64,000 nt of DNA, from assembly GCA_030704615.1 (NCBI GenBank), contig CM060731.1, forward strand, positions 44,454,001 to 44,518,000. Direction: 5' to 3'. Each line of letters begins with the position of its first letter. The stretch's first letter is position 1. Below the pieces are notes generated by a model. It was not told the origin of the DNA. It did not search any database and was given only the letters and a program-made list of their open reading frames with translations. A program made the translations under genes and the position numbers. This document shows positions 25,176 to 36,150 of this stretch, piece by piece. The stretch comes from Takakia lepidozioides. Its lineage: Eukaryota; Plantae; Bryophyta.

Positions 25176-27666
25176 GTGGTATCATCGACCGCTCCAACTC
25201 ATCGCATGTCTGAATCGCCCAACTTGGGGCGAGAGGGCAAACTTCAACCTTTTGTTGGTGGACGAGAGGACCTGCAACGAGGGTACGACAGAATAGGCAT
25301 TGGGGAGGTTGGTGCAGGCGGCATGGCAGGTGAAGGGCGTGAGGACGTGAGGACAGCAGATCCGGCAATGGAGGTTGTTGATGCACATGCAGTAGGGCCC
25401 GCCCACGCAAAGAAGAAGAAGAAAGCTAAGCACATGCAATCCCCGGCGAGAGAGCCGTCACGGGCTGCGGAGGGGGGAGTGAGCAGTGCGCGCGAGGGTG
25501 TTCCTTCTCCTCAATCATAGGTGGTCGTCCTGGAGGGCTCCCCTGCTGCTAGCCCTAGTAAGAAACAGAAAGCCCGTGAGAGGGCAAAAGAACAGGCGAG
25601 ACAGAAGGCTAGCCAGGAGGAAAGAGAAAAGGCCACTGAAGAGGCCAGGGGTGCCCAAATGACAGATGCCAATGTAAGCGAGGGACGCACAGAGACGGTG
25701 GATCCCTCCAAGACACCACAAAGAGGCAGTAACACACCAGTTACACCATCGCGGACAAGAGCAGCCCCCGCAATTACCCATACGGTGGAGAATATAGGAG
25801 AGGAAAGAACACCACAAAGAGCACGGATTGTGCAAGTTCGAGGTGAAGCCGGGGAGATGGCAGTAGAGACAGGGAGAGTGCTCGAGGTGGTTTTGCCGGT
25901 GGTTCACCATGTTGAGGAGGACGACACCGAGCTTTCTGACCAAGATGACATCCTCCCGGACATCCCCAGGCCCCAAACCTGCAGCATACAGGCTGGATTT
26001 GGCGGTCCTGGTGGGCTGCCGGAGAACCCCTCTGCAGCAGACGTCATGTCGGAGGCGGATATGAAGTTGGCCGCTGCCAAGATGTTGGAGGCAACCCACA
26101 GCAACATTGGCAGGGTGCTGGGGGGCATGGTGTACCCGGCCAAGCTTCGAATTCCCCTTTGCCGCTTGGTGTCTTTGCAGGTGGTGAGACCTGCCCTCCC
26201 AGGCGATATCGACAAGCTGAAATTCTCTTTCCGGGATGGATATCGAATGGGGTCTGCCGCGTTTTACGTTTCCATTGAGAACGACCACGGAGCTTCCCGT
26301 GCCCACACTTCCGATGAGGTGGACAAATGGGGTCCCCATTGGCAAAGGCAAAATGAGGAGTTCGAGAGATCGATTGTTACTGATCCTCTTTTCCAGCACT
26401 TGTCCGGAAAGATGTTTTACGTGTGGGACGGCAATCATCGCCTCCTGGCATGGATGGAGCACATAGCCGAAGCCCACCCCAACGACCTCGATTGACATTT
26501 CGCCGTGGAGTGTGTTGTGCTGAAGGTTGCGGGGCCCAAAGATCGCAGTCGCTGCAATGGCGGACATCAACTCGTAAGTTACAACGCCTCTTGCTTTTGG
26601 ACCCATCCGATTGTAAGTCATTTCATTGTGAATCCTCATATTTGTTGTAAATTCCCATTTCAGAATTGTTTGATGGAAATGTGGCATTGCAGGGTGACTG
26701 AGAATGCCTTCATTGCCACCAACTTGTCCCATATGCTCTTCCGAGTGAAGGATGTCGGGAAGCAGGGGGTGCAAGAGTTTGCCAATTCGCTCAGTGTCGA
26801 CCTCCTGTGCAAGTCGGAGGCAAAGGCAGACAGAACCTGGTATAGGCTGAGCATGGACGCCATGGTGGACTACATATTTCGGGTAAAGCTCCTGACTGTT
26901 TTGTTGAGCTAATCTGTCTCTCCTCCCCAATAGAAGAAAAAGTGTTGAGCAGGATCTCTAATCTTATGTGCGCATTCTTGACAGACGAAAATTCAGCAGG
27001 ATTTGGCACATGCGCGGAGGTTCTACATGGAGTCAGAGGAGAAGAATCTAACCCTCCCGGCACTCGAATCGTATCTCAAAGCTGCGGAGGTGAGGGCCCG
27101 CATAAGGTACAAGTCGCGGATGGTAAAGTACGTGGCCATAGCTGATCCCGCCCTTGGTGCCGACTTTGGGGAAGCACTACTCCCGCGCTCTAAAGCCCAC
27201 GATGACATTGGAGAAGCTCCATCGTCTAGCCACATCCTGTGTGGATGGTGCAGAAAAGGTGATACATTCTTAACCAAATTGTGGTAGCAACAACTCGTTT
27301 TTGTGGTGTTTGGCGCTTACGAATATGCTGGGTGGTTGGACAGACCCGGTGGCTCCAAATCTGGAATGGTTCCCAAAGTACAAGGGACATGTGGAGCTTC
27401 CCCAAACCGGACAAACTGTCTGACCCCACATTCGACATGTGGATGAACCGCATGACATGGTGGTTTCAGGTACTTCCCCACGCTTCGTTTGGCGCTTCTA
27501 CTCTTGTAGGGGGTGGATTCATTATATTTTTTCAGCAATGCGATCTGATGGAGAATCTCCACAGGTGACGATGAATGCGCAAGAGCAGCTGGACACACAA
27601 GCACATCAGTTCAAGATAGAGATTTCTCCTGCAGCAGAGAGCCTACGCGACTATGTGACGAGGTAG
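25176..27666 (+). pseudogene. TE-associated multi-exon gene with a ParB/Srx-like 'VWDGNHR' domain, disrupted
   Basis: ORF 25521-26495 (IPLCRL...VVRP...DIDKLK..F..GY...FYVWDGNHRLLAW) is GC-rich, with stops and exon-like fragments downstream. Confidence 0.5.
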
Positions 27667-28199
27667 CTGTTTATTATAGGTCATTTACGGATAGGCCATT
27701 TACGGATCTATTTATTTTATTATAATGATGGAGATACTATTGTGGTTTTCTAGGTGCTGCCTTGCACATGTGCCTATATCTTGTTCTTACATTCTTGGGA
27801 TTGAAAATCAGTTTTTAAGCATTGATTATTATGCTCAAGTTATATCTGAAATATATTTACATATAATTTTTATTATTTAGATCTGATGGGTAATGATGGA
27901 TATGTTTCCAATTTACTTATATAAATTTCTATTTATCTCATCCTTATCCTACCTAAACCTAATTTATCCTACGGATATGCTAAATTACCTGGACCCATCA
28001 ACCCTTAATTGTCCAAGCGACACAAAATGGGTCACTCCATTTTTTAATCCATTTTGTAACTTCTTTCTACACTTGTGCCTTATCCGCAACCCAACCTTAC
28101 CTTCCCGTTTGTAAAATAATAATACCCTGACCGGGCGGGTAAATGTTTTCTCTAAATTTAGGTTACCCTTACCCCTAAGGATAAATGAAAATTCAATAC

Positions 28200-28440
28200 C
28201 CACTCATGACTGGTCGTCCCTCACCACTAACTACTTACCACTCAGTAGTCACTACCCTGGCCATGACAACCCTCTCACCACTTACCACTTATCACTCACT
28301 ATTTATCATTAACCAGTCACTAATCACCAATCATTACCCTAGCCTACGGCCAAGACAACCCCCTCACCACTCACTACTTACCACTCAGTTACTAGTCACT
28401 ACCCCAGCTCACAGAGCGGGCCATGACAGCCCGGCTATAC
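28200..28440. repeat. Low-complexity subterminal repeats ending in a short hairpin (possible Helitron 3' end)
   Basis: 'cttaccactcagt/cact' repeats, then cgggc-catgaca-gcccg followed by gctat. Confidence 0.35.
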
Positions 28441-29218
28441 CTCAAATATCAGGTTTTGCCAAAGAAGTAATCTGACTACATCTCACATAGTAGGCATGAA
28501 CTTGAACTCACAAGTAACCTACCAAAAAGATTGACAGCCCATACCCTTTTGGATATTTTTAAATTTTATTTTCTTTACATACTCAATATAATAATATGCT
28601 ATAATCTATTTGTTTATAAAGTTAAAACCAAATAAATTTCTCATTAAGATGCCCAAAACAAAATTGATTCATAGGTCAAACCATAAAATGCTTCCATTGA
28701 CATATATTACTTGCATATGCATAAACCATTCAAATTAATACTCAAATGTATTTAATCCATAATTATAATGTCTTCATTCATATGAATAGTTGTCATTTCT
28801 ATGAAGTATAAGTTAATCAGAAGTCCAATTCATCATCATGATGGCCTGATGTGTACCACCATGGCTCATTTTTTGAGGAGTCATTTATAGCAACTTCTCT
28901 ATTGACCATATTTCTAGTTCTAGTCAACACATGCTTTTTGTTTAATAAAGCAACCCCTAATCTGAAACTGGAGTATGTAACATTCTCACTCTTTAATGTA
29001 CCATGTGTAAGTTACTTTGATCGAATGAATATTGAACAGGCGTCGGTTGTCTCAAACTTGTAAATCAATTTATTCACAAAAAATTCTCCATCTTTTGATG
29101 ATCCCCGCTGTGCCCAATACATAATTGTGAACTCAATATGTACCCCAAACGCCCGAAAAATCAAATCAACTATAGGCGAGCCGACGCTTAAGCGACTGTC
29201 CCAATAGAAGTGGCAGCG

Positions 29219-29357
29219 TGCATTGGGCCCACATGGCTATTGCATGCCCCTTCAAAGTGGCTATTGCATGCAACATCTAGCAAGCTGACTCACTAGCGTG
29301 GCTATTTGCATTGGGCCCACATGGCTATTGCATGCCCTTCAAAGTGGCTATTGCATG
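29219..29357. repeat. Direct duplication (~50 bp, period ~89 bp)
   Basis: 'gcattgggcccacatggctattgcatgccc(c)ttcaaagtggctattgcatgc' occurs twice. Confidence 0.75.
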
Positions 29358-31774
29358 CCCCAAGGAATTCTAGGGAAGGTTCTCGAACGGAGGTGATTTT
29401 GGCAAGATATAGCCCAAAGTGGGAGCTCGGCAAGGACCAGAGGGTGCACGAGGATCGAGGGTCGAGTAGGGTGGGTGATTTCAAGGTGTGGGAGGAGTGG
29501 GGCCAGGTCTACGTGCAGACTGCAGACAAGGAGATGGAAGGATTTTGGAAGACGGTGGTTTACTTGGGGCGGAAGGGTTGCTTGGTACTGTGCTGATCCG
29601 CACGACATGACTTGAGGGATGTACTGTAAATAAGTGGCGTACGAGTTATTACTGATCCACGGGTGAGGTCTGTAGTCCCCTTGCTTATTACATGCGCTAT
29701 AAAGACTGTTGATATAACGACGAACCGACGAGGTTTTATGCCGACTTGTATTATTATTATGTCATGCTCTCCATATTGAAGGCTAAATTTTCTGCTCGAA
29801 ATTACATCTCCAACGCACTTGGCTGTATTCCATTATGACGCAATATGCCTCTACACCGAATTTATATCACATCGAAGTGAATATGTACATAATGGTATGA
29901 TCATGGTATTAACTCATAATCATGGTATCCACATGCGTTGAAATCTCAGTCGTGTGCAATTGGTGCACATGAACTTTGCACCCCGGTAGACCAATCCTAA
30001 TATATTTTGTGGATTGTATTTGAGCTTCAAACAATTTGGGAATAAATGATGGTTATTTCTTTTGAACTCCTCTCCAAATATTACTTGCAATTGTATCCCC
30101 CAAATCAAGAAATGACACTTTTTCTATGCTTGAAACTTGACAGCTTGTATACCTGTCCGTATTTCCAGTTGTATTTGCAGAACATTTGTAGCCATGACTT
30201 TTTGACTCATCACGCCCCCGTCTTGTATTTGTTCCACTCCATCCTCTGTAAGGTGCTAAAAGAAAATAAGAATGCATTTGAAATTGTAAAACACTAGCAT
30301 CTGTCGCGCCCAAAATATTTCATAAGTAAGGCATATCCCCGAAAGGGGGCAGTAGCCGCAAAACGAAGTGGCTCTTAGTTACGCCGGCCTCGGCCGGAGT
30401 ATTCTCTCTCTTTCATAAGTACATTAAATGTACTTTATTTTTTCCGAAATCTCCAAACTCTTTTACATGCGAATTGTCGTGCGCATACATATCGCTACAC
30501 AACTACATCGCTGTCCAAAACCACACAACACACACTAGTATACCACTAGTCCAGCCACTAGTCCAACCATTAGGCTGCCACTATGCTGCCCACTATGGCA
30601 GTCACTAGTCCACCACAATCGCCCCCCTAGCCGTTGCTTAGGTCCCTTTGAGTCCAGGTAGCCACAAGATGCAATAATAACCGTAGCCTCACTAAGTCCT
30701 CCACCACTGTCCCTACTATACTCAAACTCGATAGATCAAGAGGCCGGGTGCAAGATTTGCCCCATCGTTAGTCGCCAGCTTGTAACCTGTGAACTTGAGC
30801 CTGAGATCTCGTGTTGCAGTGACATCCAAGGTCGTAGGCGCAGTCTGCTGCAAATAAACATAGTTACCAGGGCTAAACCTCCGAACCCCAGGACAATATT
30901 CTCTACCACGTATAGTGGCATACCTCAACGTGTCACAGTGTTGTGTAATGGCAAGGTTCTCAAAAGCCATGGGCATAACTTTCTTGAACAACTCTGCACA
31001 CTGATCACATGCACGTACCCACACGTCTGGATCATCAAGGTTAATGACTTGAGCAGTGTCCCTACGAATGGCTGCAGGCAAATCCGGCTCTCGGCCAAAG
31101 AGAAGGAAATATGGTGAGAAGGAGGCAAGTGATGCTTGCTTGCTGAACCTCTGGCCCATGACTAACCAAGGTACCTGAAGATCCCAATCTCCTAGGTGTC
31201 CGTTCTGCTAGCCATACTTGCGCAAACCCCTCTTCACCGTCTGAACAACTCTCTCTGCCAAGCCATCGGCCTCATGATGATCCCGAGAGGTGGTATGGTG
31301 GTCTGTCAAGGCATAATCACACAAAGCCTGAAACTCCCCCAAGAACTCTCTCCCTTGGTTCGTGAGTACCTCAGTTGGAGCACCAAATCGGCTAAGCACA
31401 CGATCCAAGAATGCATATGCAGCCCCCTCACTAGCCTTATCAGGCAACGGAACCAACTCAATCCACTTGGAGAAGTGTTCCACCATCACCAACCCATATC
31501 TGTGGTGGCGCATCGTCAGTGGCAATGGTCCTGCGAAGTCAAGACTCCACCTGCAGCCCAACCCCATGATGGATAAAGGATGCAACTATGGCGTATGGGC
31601 GTTGAATGAAGCACACACCTTGTCACACACCATGGACCTAGCCACGAACTGTTGCACCTCTGTATGCATACCACGCCACCAATACTGCCCCTGTAGTAGA
31701 CTGTGAGTGCATCGCACTCCAAAATGCCCCAACTCCTCACACACTCGGAGCAGGTGTATCCCCTCTCACTTGAA

Positions 31775-32682
31775 CACTACAAGAAAAGGGGGGGGTTTTT
31801 GACGCCGTAGCCACGCCGCGGCGTCGTAAAACAGCCCTTGGAAAAAACCAAATTTGCGACGCTCGGGCGTCGCAAGCCCGTCGCCAAAAAACATCGCAAA
31901 TTTGCAACGCCCGGGAGTTTAAAAAAAAAAAAAAACCTACTCCGTAATGCAGAATTAGCAACGTCCGGGGGTCGCAAAGTGCGACGCCCGGACGTCACAA
32001 TTTAAGCGGGTACATTTGAATTTAGGCGGGAAATTTTTTATTTGAAATTTGAATTTCAAAAACTTGTTGACCATTGACTCTGGTTCTGTCTAATGGCGAT
32101 ATGTTCATTGTTTCACATATATCATGCAACGCATACTTGAACCTAAGACCTCCACGTTATAACATTTCTAAGACACTACAAACTAACCAACATACATACG
32201 TTACATCTATGTATCACAAAAGCAATCTAAATATATATATATACATATAAAGATTTCATTCAAGTTCTTTTAAGTTCTTTCAAGTTCCTTCTAATGGGAT
32301 CTCTCTTGTGACGCTGGGGAGTTGCAACCTCCACAGCTTTAGTGCCCAGCCCCAGCCCCAGCCCCAGCATCGTCGCCGTTGTTGTACTCCCCCACCCCTA
32401 GGCGCCCCAAACGACGTCCTTGTGTGGACCTAAGCTGACCACAATATCATTGCGACCCGTTGGGCGTCCCAGCGCGAGGCGCCCCCAGCGATGCTTTTGT
32501 GAAGTTGAAGGCCGCAAAGCCCCCAAAAAAAAAAAAAAACAAACTCTCACTGTGGTGATGTTATTGCGACGCCCTGACATCGCAGAGGCGTTGGGGCGTC
32601 GTAAAAAAACGCCGCGGGCTCAGCGCCGCGCGGGGCGTAGGGGCGCGGCTGGCGTCGCAAACCCCCTCCATTTGTTGTAATG
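31775..32682. mobile_element. Non-autonomous CACTA element inserted at the Gypsy RNase H/integrase junction
   Basis: TIRs CACTACAAGAAAAGGGGGGGGTTTTTGACGCC and (reverse complement) CATTACAACAAATGGAGGGGGTTTGCGACGCC. Many subterminal GCGACGCC repeats. Flanks gaa/gat. Confidence 0.85.
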
Positions 32683-33766
32683 GATCCTCTTGGCTCGTTG
32701 CAGGATCCGATCCTTTTCCTTGGTAGTCACATTGGCTGTCGTGTCTCCAGTACGGAGGTAGTCCAACACAGCCGAATCCTCATGTATATCTTTGGCACCA
32801 CCTAGCTCGTCACGAGCCTCAGGGTCCTCAGACACTCCATCTATAGGTCCAATCTAACCTTCTGCTGCCAAGATACAGAAAAATGCAGATGAGTGTCATC
32901 CCGACACCATCTCCTCGTCCGTCTCACCATGCCACCGAACTCTAGTGTCATCCTACTGGCTCGTGCATGGATTGCGGTTTAATCCATCCGCATCCCGATT
33001 GACCAAACCCAGTCGATGCACCACCTAAAAGTCATACTCCTGGAGTATGAGTGTCCACTGTGTGGTCCACCTTGGTTAGAGCCTTTGCAATGGCACTAAA
33101 TCCCTTAACAAACCGTCTATAATAGTTTGTCAATCCAAGAAAACTCGAACTCGGCTCACATCCGTGGGGTGTGAAATTTGTGCAATGGCCTCTACCTTAG
33201 TCTGTTGTACACCCAATCCTCCAGGATATATCATGTGGATACTCAATCTGGTTGTGGAAAAACTTGCACTTCCCCGGATGCAGCTTCAATCCGTGCGCTC
33301 TCAAGCGCTCCAATACCACCTGAAGGTGTCTCTCATGCTCCTCCACCGTAGCACTGAAGATGATGATGTCATCTATGTAACACCGAGCAAATTCTACCCC
33401 TGCTAGAATCCTGTCCATGACTCTCTGGAACTCTGCAGGAGCGTTCTTAAGCCCGAATGGTAAGAATCGTCACTGATATAGGCAATCTTTGCCGTGCTCA
33501 TTGATCCCCCAGAATGTCGTCTTCTAAGTTATCCGCCTCTTTGATCGGCAACTGATGATATCCGGATCGTAAATCCAAAACTGTGCTAAAGACCTTAGCA
33601 TGCCCAATGACATCAAAGATCTCCTCCGGTGTGGGCATGACATACTTATCGGACTTGGTCTGACAATTTACAGGCCGGTAATCACCACACATACGTCTCT
33701 CCGTCCAATTATCATAGACAACTTTCTTGGCTGACATCACTGTGGCTGAAGCATACTTTCTACCAA

Positions 33767-34591
33767 TACTACAACAGATTGCGGTATTTATGACTGTATA
33801 TATGATTATTCTGTAGTCATAAACGGTACATATGACTTCTCTGACTGTAAGTCGTGCAAACCAAGTAAATACAATGAGTACAGGATGGTACGGTCTGGAT
33901 GACTACAGTCAGATGAACCAAGTGATATCTCTCATTGCAGTCATATATACCATACTGTAGTCGCCGCTGCCGCGCCACGTAGTTAAATTAAATTAAAAAA
34001 CTCAAAAAACTAAAAACGTATGTCAGACGCCGCGTCGCACCGCATTAAGCCACGTGACATAACGTATTTTATAATAATGAAAAAACCACGTGGCAGCCCA
34101 TCTAGGGTACCACGTGCTATCCCTAGCTCGCCTACTAACCCTAGGGCCATCTTATCCATTTGATTGTACTTAGAAAAGTTTGAACCTGCAACCTCCTTAC
34201 TATTAGAGTTATAGTTCACTACCTTCTAACCAATACACCCATTAGTCATTCATGTGATCATATGGTGTTTTAATTGTATTATACACACCAAATTATAAAA
34301 TCCCTAGTAGTCAACATGACTATGTAACCTCATCCATGTACACTGTAGTCATGGAAATGACTATGAATTGTGAGCTAAATCTGGTCAATTGCCGTTGACC
34401 AGCCTTCCGCCCATTCCGGAGCCATGTAGTCATACAGATTACTATTTAGATAGTCGTTCATATGACTACAGTTGTATGAAGGACTGCGGGAGGTCAATTT
34501 CATATAAAAACATGGTGTAGTCCTGGTCAAAGTCAAGAAAACCATGACTACCACGGTTTGGCAGTCATAACTATCGCGATCTGTTGTAGCG
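33767..34591. mobile_element. Second non-autonomous CACTA-like element inserted in the Gypsy RT
   Basis: TIRs TACTACAACAGATTGCGGTATTTATGACT and (reverse complement) CGCTACAACAGATCGCGATAGTTATGACT. Subterminal ATGACT repeats. Flanks caa/cag. It splits 'EAGLVELS|..YASATVM'. Confidence 0.8.
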
Positions 34592-35209
34592 CAGAGAGCT
34601 CCACCAAACCAGCCTCTCAGAGATCTTGAGTCCTCATCTGAATCAAAGACCTCTCCATGTCATTGTATCTATAGGGTCTCCGAAAGATTGGCGTGTCAGT
34701 AGCCAACTCAATACGAATCTCTTGACCCTTCAATGCTCCCAAGTCCTTCAAACTGAAGGCAAAACAATTCTTATAAGCCCTCAAGAACAGCCATATACGT
34801 CATCTCTCTCCTCCGATGACAATGGGTCCAATGTCAGGCTCCCAATTGTCCTCCGTAACTGCAACCTTAAGTCCAGTGGGCTTAGAGGTAGATGACGCGT
34901 CCAGTGGTTGCTATGTTGCAACCTCTTGAGCAGTACTCCCTGCCTGCTCAGTCAATGACAATGCCTCATCCTGCCCCATCATCTCATCCTCGAGGACTTC
35001 CTCAACCCGAGAAAAATCCCTAACCTCATCCATCACCGCCGCCTTGACTGCCAACTCCCTCTGAACCTCGAGCGCCTCCCACGTGTGCCATGGATGTCTG
35101 CACCCCGTGGTCATCACCGGCTCGTCCCTACTCACTGTCTGTACCGTCTCGGTAGGCAAAGAGATCATCAAGGGAAGTGCACTCTGCACTCTACGTTGCT
35201 CAGCCACAG

Positions 35210-36150
35210 CCAAGCTGATAATCCAAGTCAAGCAGTTGAGATCCATTGCTTGCCCCAACACCTGACGACGTAATGCCTCAGAAAGAGATGGCACCGCCGT
35301 GGTCCCAGTGGAAAAACCCTTAGCTCGCTCGCGCTCGTCAGCATTAGGCTCCACTAACTGCTGCAACTGAGCATCCCACAGGAGGCCAGGTCCACTATCC
35401 CGGAAAGCATGCGATCCTGGGAAGCTAAGTAGTGTAGGTAGTGCTACTCGTGGTTGACCCACCTTGTTAACCACTGCCAAAGGCGAACGGTCATCATGTC
35501 TCACACGCTGAGACTGCCTCTCTGTGTCCAAAATACTATCCACTATGAGGTGTGCTGGCCACTGCACCCCATCAAATGCATGCTTGAGCAGTGCGGGTGG
35601 CATCAAGTTAGTCCACCATAGCCGTGGACGATGAGCCCGTGACCCCACTGCAGCTGCATCCAGCAACACTGCTGACCCAAGCCACGACCGGACTTGATGC
35701 ACACTGGCTATCATCCTGGCCCGAGAATCGCTCATCCTGGCATATTCGCCAAAATGTATGCCGGAGATACAGCTTGATGAAGCTGTAAGTGACGCAAACC
35801 CGCACGATCTCCCAAAACAGACCCGACCTCGAGTCTCACAATCCATTGTCATGCCCGGCTGATGAATGCCCTTAGCAAGGCCAACCTGCCACTACCAAGT
35901 GGATGGAGCCAACCCGCTCCAAATCTTGCGCCCCAGCAAGGAAATGTCTGCTGGTATACACGAACTGCAGACACCGACAACAACTCAGGGTACTGCTATA
36001 CCAACTGGGCAACATGGCATAGAGAGACGCGTCGTGCAGTCTCATCCCTCTCCATATACAAGTAACGCCGAACTCGTACACCTGCCTGTAGCACAACAGC
36101 CAGTCCGGTGTTGATCCCGCCAAACAAGTCCAGAAGACAAATGCCTTCAT
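35210..36150 (-). pseudogene. C5-cytosine DNA methyltransferase domain within the Gypsy pol (frameshifted, catalytic PCQ changed to PC*)
   Basis: Motifs in canonical order. I: LLDLFGGINTG. II: YMERDETAR. III: DISLLG. IV: HLVVAGWPC*GHS. V: GL*DSRSGLFWEIVRV. VI: YILANMP. VIII: DAAAVGSRAHRPRLWWTNL. IX: ERERAKGFSTGTT. X: RRQVLGQAMDLNCL. Confidence 0.9.

Noticed and set aside
25515-26930. 471-aa minus-strand ORF
   Set aside because: It is the antisense shadow of the GC-rich plus-strand DGNHR gene and has no recognisable motifs.
35210-36150. DNMT as a host DNMT3/DRM gene or bacterial contamination
   Set aside because: It is intronless, lacks host accessory domains, is collinear inside pol and is decayed like the surrounding retroelement, with continuous plant DNA on both sides.
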